Source: Schmidtea polychroa (taxonomy: Eukaryota). Taken from it: 64,000 bases of DNA. Below, piece by piece: positions 53,572 to 64,000 of this stretch. A model generated the notes under the pieces. It saw nothing but the letters and a program-made list of their open reading frames with translations, was not told where the DNA came from and did not search any database. Where the stretch lies: positions 4,900,001 to 4,964,000 of the forward strand of contig CM097885.1 of assembly GCA_044892525.1 (NCBI GenBank), given 5' to 3'. A program made the translations under genes and the position numbers. Within the stretch, counting starts at the first letter, position 1, and each line of letters opens with the position of its first letter.

Positions 53572-53755
53572 ATTTCCTAATTGACACAGGCTCTGTAATA
53601 TGGCTACTACCCCACTACATATACAAAAACGCAAAAACAACAGAAAAATCACTAACAGCCGCAAATGGCTCCAGCATAAAAACATACGGCCAACACACAA
53701 TAACCTTAACAATAAATTCACAAAAATACAACTGGTCATTCACAATCGCAGAAGG
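53572..53755 (+). mobile_element. Gypsy-type aspartic protease fragment
   Basis: FLIDTGSVIWLLP...LTAANGSSIKTYG...WSFTIA. Confidence 0.7.
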
Positions 53756-53994
53756 ATTTAAAATGTTGAGATCTACCTAGAAACCATATTAAAACCAAAT
53801 ATTTTCCATATTATTAACGATAAAAATTAAGGTCCACTACAAACAAAACGCAGCATTTCCAAGTGATTGTTTAATTTAAAATTTACAATATGGAAAAGAA
53901 GATGCATATATCATATATATAGTAATGTATATAAAAAACATATATAAAATATGTATAAACTGATATGATAATATATATGTATTTATATTTAAAT

Positions 53995-56900
53995 TAGAGC
54001 CGTAACGGCCCAGTCGTTAACTTTTAAAATTTTAAAAATTTTAAATTAAAAAAAAATTTTAAAAAAACCTTAGTTTGCCATGCTAAATTATTTTAAAATA
54101 TTACGAATGTGTTATATTATATATACACAGAATTAAATATATAAAACATAGGGGAGCATACAAAAGGCTGTTAAAGAAATAAAAAATTTAAAAGAAATAT
54201 TTTTTAAAAATCTTAGTTTGCCATGCTAAAATATTTTACTATATAAACAAATGCATTTTCGATTTCTTTTTAATATTAAATATATTAACATAAAAATAAA
54301 ATATAAAAAAGAATATATCTAAGATATTATAGTTTATTTAATTAACAAATATTAACCCTCCAGAGGGCGCGTTGGGTCTCACAGACCCAGGCGATCTTTT
54401 TTTGCGTAAAAAAATCTTTGTGGCGTAGCATCAATTCAGAACATTCTGTAGCTGATTCATTTCAGCTTTACTTTAATTTCGACCAAAATCATTAATACAT
54501 TATTAAATCATTATAATTTTAGACAACAGTCTTTACTATTTTTGAAAATAAAATAATCATGGATCCAGTTGAAAAAGAAAACGAAAGAATCCGACAGCTA
54601 CTGGAGACAATTGTTGTGAGTTCTGATGAAACTGATGATGATAGTGACGCAGGTGAGGAAGACAATTTGGAGGTTAGACGTGAATCTACTGATACTGAAC
54701 AAGAAACACCAGACGATGGTTGATGGTCATTTTTTATCGCTTAATAAACATCGCAATGGGTTTATTATTTATTGCAAAAATGGAAATAAAACAATGCAAA
54801 GACGAACATTTCTGAAGAAATTGTGTCTAGAATTAGTTGACGATCACGTCAAGAAAAGATCCAGTATCGTAACCTTGCCAAAGCAACTGCGACAGAAATT
54901 GTCCAAAGTAACAAACACAGAAGTACAAAATGAGGCCCCCTCAGTTGGCAAACGAGGGCGTTGTCATAAATGCCAGGGTAGAGACAGAAAGACTAAATAC
55001 TTCTGTACCACGTGCCACAAGTATTTGTGTTTAAAACACGCTAAATTTATTTGCGAACAGTGTCTTTCTGATGATCAATAGCTTGCTTCGCAGTATGCAG
55101 TTTCTTTTGTGCAATGAATAATACTTTCCTGTGTTTTTTCATAAATTGTTGAATATTTTGAATGTAAAAACTTGTTTATAAAGTAATAAATCTTTTAAAA
55201 TTTAATATTGCTTTATTTTGCCAATCAATAAGTCTATAAATCATGAGAAAACAATATTGGGTCTGTGAGACCCAACGCGCGCATCCATGTAATTTTTTTA
55301 GCGCGCGCTCTGCAGGGTTAAATATATAGTTATTTTTTCCACTAAATTTTTTTAACAAAAATTAATAATTTTTTTTAAGTATTTTTTTAAAATTCAAATA
55401 TATGCCCAAATAATGTCGTCGGCAGTGTGGGAATATTTTACGAAAATTTCATCTGCAAATAGTGCTAACAATAAAGCTAAATGTAAAAAATGCGGAACAG
55501 AAGTGAAAAATTCTAAGGGTTCTACGTCAGCAATGATCAATCACATGCGAAATATTCATAAGATTTCTTGTAAAAGATCGCACGATGATTCCCTAACAAA
55601 CGTTGCTTCAACAAGTGGAAATGGGAACTCAAAATTACTCAAAAAACGCAAGTCTTGGAGAAATTGTTGACGAGTTGGCTACAAAAGACGGCTTTTCAAT
55701 TAGAGCCATTACAAGGTCAAATTTTATTCGACATGCAATTTCTGAAAAGGGCTATAAATTACCTAAAAGTGAAAGTGGAACAATGGCACTTATTCACGCC
55801 GAATATGAAAAAAAGAAAAAACTTCGTGTAAGTTTTTTTGATGAGGCCAAAAAAAAGGTGAGAAATTTAGTATCACTTTGGACGAATGGGTAAGTTCTCG
55901 ACAACGCCGTTATATGAATATAAATGTACATGATAAGACAGGTAAAGTATTGAACCTAGGATTGGTAAGAATTATTGGATCATTCAACTCGGCAAAGATT
56001 CACCTGACCGTGGCTGACCATCTTAAAATTTTCCATCTGTCCTTCGAGACATTGTAACTACCACCAACGATGGGGCTAGTGTTATGGTTAAATACGGTAG
56101 AGAATGTCCAGCTGAAGCCCAATTATGTTTAAATCATGGTATTCATCTTGCTGTTTCTAATACATTTTATTGCAAAAAATCAAAAAATCATAGCTATAAT
56201 TTCGATAATGAAGCTGAAGACGACAGCGATAATAATGAAGATGATGAATTTGATAAAGATGACGAAGGTTATTCTTTGTTTGACAATGATGATACCGAAT
56301 CCGAAGTTTCCGAAGAAATCAATCTAGCCGAGATATTAAATAAAGTTCGTGCTATTGTGAAATTTTTCAAAAACTCAACAGTTCGTAATGACACATTTTG
56401 CAACAAAAAATTTGTATCGAACTTGGTCATGAACTACATCTAAAACTTGATGTGAAACATAGATGGAATTCAATTCATCCTATGTTAGAGACATTTTTAA
56501 AATGAAGTAAACCCATCGAAGAAGTATTAAAAGAATTAAATGCTTGTAATTTAATTCGAGGAATCGATTTTGAAGTGCTTAAACAGTTGTGCGCCATTAT
56601 GGAACCATTATTACTGACTGTTCTTGCGTTGGGTAGAAAGGATGCGAATTTAATAACTGCCAAAGGTGCAATTAATTTCTTATTGAAGAAGCTAGATGAC
56701 ATTGAAGTAACAAGTTTTTTCCAAAATTGATGAACTTAAAGATAATATCAAAGCAAGATTGTGTTCACGTGAGAATATTGAGTTAAACTCTTTGTTATCC
56801 TGCCTTCTTTAACAAAAAGTACCAACAAAAGAAATTTTAAATTTTGGTTCAAGTTTTCTAAGTAGATTATACCCTCATATAGCGACATCAGCAGATAAAA

Positions 56901-57300
56901 ATTATGGAGAAAGCTTAGATGATGTGAGCATTTATGGCGATATTGCTTCTCTGCAAGATGAAATCAATGCTGCAATAAATAAGGCTGCCAAAGAGGGAGT
57001 AGAAAAACAATTTAGTTCTCTAAGAATAATTCTTCAACAATTGTATGACGCAATTCTAACGATACGCCCAACATCCACCGAATCTGAAAGATTATTTTCA
57101 GTTTCAGCTAATTTCAGCAGGAAATTAAGATCTCGCCTTAGCGATTACTCATTGAATTCTCTAATTTTTTTAAAATATTTTAGAATAAATAATTTCTAAA
57201 CGTATGAATTTTTTTACTTTAATTTTTTATTCCTTTTGAATTTTGTAATGTTTTTGTTTTGTTTAATTTTAATATTCTATGTCTAACTGTCTTATAATAA
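53995..57300 (+). mobile_element. hAT transposon with frameshifted BED-finger transposase (55413-57199)
   Basis: SAVWEYF...AKCKKCG...GSTSAMINHMRNIH (BED finger), CLNHGIHLAV, RWNS, RPTSTESERLFS...RSRLS (dimerisation domain). Candidate left end TAGAGCCGTAACGG at 53995; right TIR not found. Confidence 0.85.
54356..55317 (+). mobile_element. piggyBac internal-deletion derivative (962 bp)
   Basis: TTAA TSD (54352-54355, 55318-55321); CCCT...AGGG termini; 23-bp subterminal IR GCGCGTTGGGTCTCACAGACCCA; acidic N-terminus from ATG 54559 and C-terminal Cys-rich domain (RGRCHKC...CTTCHKYLCLKH), no DDD core. Confidence 0.93.
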
Positions 57301-58359
57301 GATAGGGGAGCACATTACCAGCCAATGGCAGTGCAGATAGGGGAGCACATTACCAGCCAATGGCAATGCAGATAGGGGAGCACATTACCAGCCAATGGCA
57401 ATGCAGATAGGGGAGCATATTACCAGCCAATGGCAATGCAGATAGGGGAGCATATTACCAGCCAATGGCAATGCAGATAGGGGAGCACATTACCAGCCAA
57501 TGGCAGTGCAGATAGGGGAGCACATTACCAGCCAATGGCAATGCAGATAGGGGAGCATATTACCAGCCAATGGCAATGCAGATAGGGGAGCACATTACCA
57601 GCCAATGGCAGTGCAGATAGGGGAGCACATTACCAGCCAATGGCAGTGCAGATAGGGGAGCATATTACCAGCCAATGGCAATGCAGATAGGGGAGCACAT
57701 TACCAGCCAATGGCAGTGCAGATAGGGGAGCACATTACCAGCCAATGGCAGTGCAGATAGGGGAGCATATTACCAGCCAATGGCAATGCAGATAGGGGAG
57801 CACATTACCAGCCAATGGCAATGCAGATAGGGGAGCACATTACCAGCCAATGGCAGTGCAGATAGGGGAGCACATTACCAGCCAATGGCAGTGCAGATAG
57901 GGGAGCACATTACCAGCCAATGGCAGTGCAGATAGGGGAGCACATTACCAGCCAATGGCAATGCAGATAGGGGAGCACATTACCAGCCAATGGCAATGCA
58001 GATAGGAGAGCATATTACCAGCCAATGGCAGTGCAGATAGGGGAGCATATTACCAGCCAATGGCAGTGCAGATAGGGGAGCACATTACCAGCCAATGGCA
58101 ATGCAGATAGGGGAGCACATTACCAGCCAATGGCAATGCAGATAGGGGAGCATATTACCAGCCAATGGCAATGCAGATAGGGGAGCACATTACCAGCCAA
58201 TGGCAATGCAGATAGGGGAGCATATTACCAGCCAATGGCAATGCAGATAGGGGAGCATATTACCAGCCAATGGCAGTGCATATAGGGGAGCATATTACCA
58301 GCCAATAGCAATGCAGATAGGGGAGCACATTACCAGCCAATGGCAATGCAGATAGGGGA
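57301..58359 (+). repeat. 35-bp minisatellite, 30 full copies plus a partial
   Basis: Unit GATAGGGGAGCA(C/T)ATTACCAGCCAATGGCA(G/A)TGCA. Confidence 0.98.
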
Positions 58360-60226
58360 CCCGCAATACCTACCAAGCATTCCAAATGTTTACAACGTGT
58401 GACAGCAAGACGAGATTCCATCTGCATCCGATAGCACGCGAATTGGACACCGAGAACAGAGAAATGTTTCTGTAGGGCGGCGCAGGCAGACTGGAAGTTG
58501 CATATAGTCGTGTATCAGTTAGTGTGGAATAGTTGGGCCGCTTTCCTGACATCTCGGTTGACACTCAGGACGGCCGATTATACAAATGGAATATCAATAT
58601 CGTACCAAAAGAACGCAAGATGGTTTAGACGGCAAATCCAAGAAGGTGAGAAGGTGAAAGGCAATCTTCTAGAAGGAGAGGCGGCAGCAGAAAGAAGCTG
58701 TGACAGTGACAGCTCAGTCATAAGGTGTATCGGGATCAGTGCAAAACGCGCTCGGTCCCATTGATATATTACTCCACTGAAGGTGATATTTTATATGGAT
58801 AACACGTGTCAGCTGCCTGAGAAGTGACGAAATTACTTTGATGGCCACTATTGATTATTCTGATGTCCTTAGCATAGGAAGGAACTTATTCCTTCACTCA
58901 CCAATGGGAATGAATAATAATTTACCATTATGCCATTGGCGTATCTTATGCTTTACTGATCCATCTCAGCCATGTAGAGGAGCCATTGAAAGCTTGGTCG
59001 GACCGCGTGCCAATGCTCATGCTAGTTGCGCAAAAGCCAATCAAATCGTCTCCATTGCCCTCATAAACATTACACAAATTCGCTTAGTCTGGGACGCATT
59101 TCTCGCTATCCGTTCTGAGTAAGCAGCCGTGTTGTACAGCTCCTTTCATGCATGCCATCCGATATGTCAGTGTAGGATCTTGTCTGTGTACAAGTTTCCG
59201 CATCATTACATTGAGGAGCTAGAAAGGATAAAATCAAATTCCCTCAACTCGTTATTAATTCATATTCATACACAAGGTAACACCATAGGTAATGCTTAGC
59301 TAAATATTCTATGCGAATGATTCTCCCTTTCCTAATTCTGACGTTTCTAGCCTACGGAATAAGTGATATGCAATTATATTTGTGTCATTATTGATATAAC
59401 CTGTGGCCTCCCATTCCCTCCATTTACCATGTCAGTTAGTGTCAAATACTTTATTCTTTAATGGCATGAAATCTTTCATTCAATAAACAAATATTGAAGA
59501 CTAAATAAAATAAGCGTTTGCATAATATTTATCACACAGGGCATGAATATAGGTGAATGCCACTGACGCCTTGTGATCTATTCCATCAACTTTTACACAT
59601 TCGCTATATTAGGAAGAACTCTTGATAGAAACCCCTACAAAGTCAGTTACAATGTATCAATGCGTTCGATGACACAACAAAGAACAATGAAAGATGGCTA
59701 GGACTACTGTGGATTGACATCAGAATGGTCCTGATAATTGCTCCATGGTGTTCATTAATTTGATTAACTTTAAAAAAAATTGTCTGATTTGTTGCTGAAT
59801 CCGTTGTGACAGAATTATTTGCCTGTATTTATGCATCCATCCCCAATTCTTTAAATTATTACTTTTTTATTTTAATATTTTATGGAAAATATTTATTTTT
59901 ATATATTGATTTCTTTTTAATTTGTGTTTTCCCTTAAAAATGTTATTTAATTTTCCATCAAAATTTTACTTTTTGTTACAAATTGTAATTTAAATAATTT
60001 TGTAAGATTTATAATAAATGAGAAAAACGCTGAAAATTAAAATTAATAATATTGCGAATTGCGCTCAAAGCTAAAATACAATATTTATAAAATGTTTCTT
60101 TATCTAGATTAAAATACAAATTATAAATATTGAAATTGTAAACGTCAGAAGAAATAATCAATATAATAAGTATGATTTATGATTTATGTTGTAAAATATT
60201 GAAATATTTTGATAATTTTAGATAAA

Positions 60227-61635
60227 ATGTTTGCAAGCGTATGGGAAATGATGAAGAGGAATAAATTTGAATTTGATAATGAAATCAGCAGTGAATTGAT
60301 ATGCAGAATTTGCAAAGGTTTAATGATAAAGGCTTGCAATGCTCCTTGCGGTTGTCGCTTTTGTTCTGATTGCATTAAGCATTATTTGGATGGAAAAGAT
60401 AAATTCTGTCCAGGAGCAGCAAAATATTGTCAAGTTCAAAAGATTCTTTTCACTAAAGATGTTTCTGTGGATCACCCAGTCAATTTAAGGATATCTGAAG
60501 TCATTGTAAAGTGCCCAGTGCAAAATTGTGATTTCAAAACCGAGTTGTGCATGATGGAGAGCCACTTGAGAACATGCAACAAGCAGCCAATCAGATCTCC
60601 GTTTAATAAAATTGGATGTGAAATGAATGAAGTAGAAGAGGACAAAATAAAAGACCATTTCAATGAGAACACTGAAGGCCATAGCAAATTACTGATTGAT
60701 CAGATCAGCAATTTATGCAATGAGATGCAGGCAATAAGAGATGAGACTATCAAATTGCGTAACGAAAATATCAATATCAATGTAAAATTTTATTTGTAAT
60801 TAATTTAATTGATATTTGTGATTGGAGGTAAAATTGTGCAATATTGAAAGGAAAGAGGCGGAGAACAGAGCAGAAATAGAAGAATTGAATGAGGAAATGG
60901 TTGCAGTGAAGAATGAGAATCGCTCATTGAGAATGGAGATGGAGACAAATATTGGATCGATCAATCAAGTTTGATTATTGATTTGATTTGTTATTGATTT
61001 GTTATTGATGCAAAGCAGATCAGACAGCAAATTGAGGTGATTGAATCAAAATGTCAGCAGCAAATTGATGAGATGAAAGAGAAATGCGAGCAGCGGCTGC
61101 AACGGGAGAATGAAAAGGTGATTTATTGATTTATTAAAATATTTGAATTTGAGATTCAGTTGAAGCTTGAAATGGCGAAATTATATAATGAAATTCGGCA
61201 GATTAAAACAAAATTAGGAAATGAAAAATATATAAATTATGGATTTTTTGAATGGCAGGTCGATGAATTTTCACAACAAAAAAGAAATGAAGATATTTAC
61301 AGCGAAGCATTTTATTCCGGGCCAATCGGTTACAAAATGTGCTTGGCGGTGTGGACTGGAGGGTATGCAAGTTGGGTTGCTTTCTGTGTGATGCGTGGGG
61401 CAAATGATGAGCAATTGGATTGGCCGTTCAATCAATCGGTGTGATCGATCCAGCAAATGGCAGCATTTATATGAGCAAGTCAATGAAATATTCAGATCGC
61501 CCTGATGCAGCCGGATGGGGGAAACCGTCAGATGACAGAAATGATCTGATTCGCATTTATTATGATCGCTCAATCTATGAATTAGCAGCCGAAAGTGATA
61601 AATTGCTGCTCAGGTGCAGAATTCACAAATTATGA
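60227..61635 (+). pseudogene. TRAF-like gene (RING, Zn finger, coiled coil, MATH); exons 60227-60781, 60828-60968, 61016-61117, 61160-61635; frameshift in MATH
   Basis: In-phase splicing; MATH motifs FEWQVDEF, YSEAFYSGPIGYKMCL, MRGANDEQLDWPF; a 10-bp deletion at ~61437 relative to the 50820 paralogue gives TGA at 61442-61444. Confidence 0.85.
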
Positions 61636-63290
61636 CAAATTTCAAAAACATTTCAATAAAAAATTGATTTATTTTGGCTTTTGATCTGATTTATTATTTG
61701 CCTTATTATTATTATTGATTTATTATATGAGCTAATCATTGCGATAATCATTGTCACTCTCCCCCCCCGCGCGCCTTCCATCCGGTATTATCAGCATCAT
61801 CAGTATTATTAATAACAATAACAACAACAAATTGATATAAAGCAGGCATATCTGTAATTGTCCAATATTCCAATTAATATACATTTGCAGCACATTTACA
61901 ATTCTCACCCTCACATAGAATTCCTAAAGCGCTCAATTGGAAAGCTTATCAACTTGCTGCGAGGAATCGCGTGCAGTTGGTGTGGATATGTACAAATGCG
62001 CACCAGATCAGCACCAAACAAGAGCCGATGATGGCGTGTAACAAGAAACAGTGCACTGGAGCACCTGGGAGGGGAGCATGCGGGGGGGGGGGTAATGCGG
62101 TGGCAGGAGTGATCGAGAGGGGTTATGAATGAGTGATGATGAGTTGCTATCATCGCATCAGCATCCGTTGCAAGCTCGCAATCCATTCCGCACTGGCTGA
62201 GATGGCTGATTGATTCTATCCAGTGATAGGTGAGGTGATAGCTGCTGAGTGCTTGATTTGCATTTGCAAATGTTCTATGTGGCGGCGGGGCGCTCACAGC
62301 AAATGGCCAATTGCAATATCAATATCAATTATATCATTGAATAAAAGCAATTAATTAAATCAAAAACATTTAATATCAATTAATATAATCAATTAATTTG
62401 AATAATTATTATAATTAAATTAATAATTAATGTGAAAGAAATAATCCAATCAAAATCCACCCGAATATAAGCGCTGACAAATCGCCTCAACAAATCAAAC
62501 GCTCCTATGACGAATGGAACCGACGAGAAACCCGCCATCGCTGCTGCTGCTTATGTTATATAAGTTGTGGAGAAATTATTACTAAAATTGCCTTATATCA
62601 AATTGATTAATGCCTTAACATTTCACCTTCGCCAGCTATTTGTGAGGCATTTCAACGCAATCCGCAACAACAATACTGATAAAATGTTCCAAATTGCTTT
62701 CACATCAGTTTGGGTAAGTTTACCAAAATGAGAGCTGTCGATGCGATGAGGGCAATCGGTGCTTTCTAAGCTCTATCAAATTCTGTTACGCATTCTTTAA
62801 TTAATTTTTCTTTGCATCTTTCATGAAATTTGGATCTCTTAAAGGTCTCGGGTCCGATTTGCTGATCATATTATTGATAATATAATGATAATATTTGCAT
62901 TTGTAATGAGATCCTTTTTAATAGCTAATGAAATGATTTAATATTAAATAATGTAACATTTCATAAATTTATTAACTTTTTCATTAGCTAAATTTTCAAA
63001 TATAATATTAATAAAACAAAAAAGATTTCATGTAAATTAATATTTAAATTAACAAATATGAAAATTTTTATGAATGAATTTTACTTATTAATAAAAAACT
63101 AAATTTATCTTAAAATCGTGAAGATTTCATGTTTGTATTTATTTAATATATTAACAAAAGGGTATTAAGTAAATAAAACATTACGAATAAATAGATTAAT
63201 TAGTAGAGATATTAAAACAAGAAATAAGATTATTATTATTATCATTTTAATACAGCACGTAATAAAATATATTTAAAAAGGCCGGAAATA

Positions 63291-63521
63291 GTAGTCTACT
63301 TTTGGTTAACAAAGCCAATGGCCCAAATGACGTCATCTCTGCGTTCGTCAAGTTCTACCCCTTTTAAAATCTCTGGCTTTGAAGTGTATAGCTTAAACCT
63401 CTTAATTCTAAACCTTGGAACTTCTGAACCGCTGAATAAGTAACTGAACAGGGTGGAACTTTCCTCACTACGAGATGACGTCATTTGAGCTCTTGACTTT
63501 GTTAGCCAAAAACTATACTAC
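63291..63521. mobile_element. MITE with ~50-bp imperfect TIRs
   Basis: GTAGTCTACTTTTGGTTAACAAAGCCAATGGCCCAAATGACGTCATCTC versus the right-end reverse complement GTAGTATAGTTTTTGGCTAACAAAGTCAAGAGCTCAAATGACGTCATCTC. Confidence 0.75.
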
Positions 63522-64000
63522 ATGTGGTTTCGAATGAATGAATAAAATAAAAAATAATGAAGCTGCTCTGAGAGGACCGGGTAATTGTTGTTGTTGTCTT
63601 TTTATGCAACTGTCCTCTCAGTATATTTTTTAATTCGGATCTTTTTTTTTATTTTTTAACTTCTTTTGCTGTTCGAATTTATTCTAATATACAAGTTGGC
63701 CAGACTTGTACACCAGACTCAATTCAAACATGCAATGCGTCTTATTAACGCGAAGTGGATTTCAAAGGTGGTTTCAACGTATTGCCGAAAGATCGAAAGA
63801 GATTCGAAAGACTGAGAACCAACTCGAAAAATAAACAAATGAAACAATTCAGTGGTCGATCATAGGTGTGTTCGAAAGACATAACATCTATTCCGGTTCG
63901 CCACCACACCTGGTTCAATAAATATATTTTTCTTATTTGTTTTTTAATTAACTTAAAAAATACTAATATACACATAAAAATATATTTATACACATACATA

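Noticed and set aside
57301..58359. CRISPR array
   Set aside because: Units are head-to-tail with no unique spacers, there are no cas genes, and the context is eukaryotic
58400..59200. Gypsy gag-like relic
   Set aside because: Only weak resemblance (WAAFLTSRL...DY); insufficient to call

Overview
Very AT-rich eukaryotic (metazoan) genomic DNA with 42-57 bp spliceosomal introns and long (ATT)n tracts. A dugesiid planarian or similar flatworm is my inference, not proven. Host genes reconstructed by hand: the 3' part of endophilin-A (+, BAR end and SH3), a complete six-exon CFAP161 (-, 13627-28918, 301 aa), cathepsin L (+), an intronless clan-2 cytochrome P450 (+), and four damaged TRAF-like (RING/Zn-finger/coiled-coil/MATH) copies. 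Introns and intergenic space are full of transposon relics: Merlin, Penelope-like, Tigger/pogo, several hAT, piggyBac, R2/NeSL-like and Gypsy. The most unusual content is a set of Polinton/Maverick-like pieces. (1) A 3.5-kb non-coding element with AG...CT termini, ~158-bp TIRs and a 6-bp TSD (810-4357). (2) A ~9.4-kb foldback element in CFAP161 intron 3 with a related terminus at 28022, an intron-containing IAP-type RING cargo gene and an enhancer-like subterminal region. (3) A protein-primed PolB relic at ~29.4-30.1 kb. Elements 1 and 2 share a ~90-bp motif present nine times whose function I cannot assign. All calls are from manual reading; no database searches were run.
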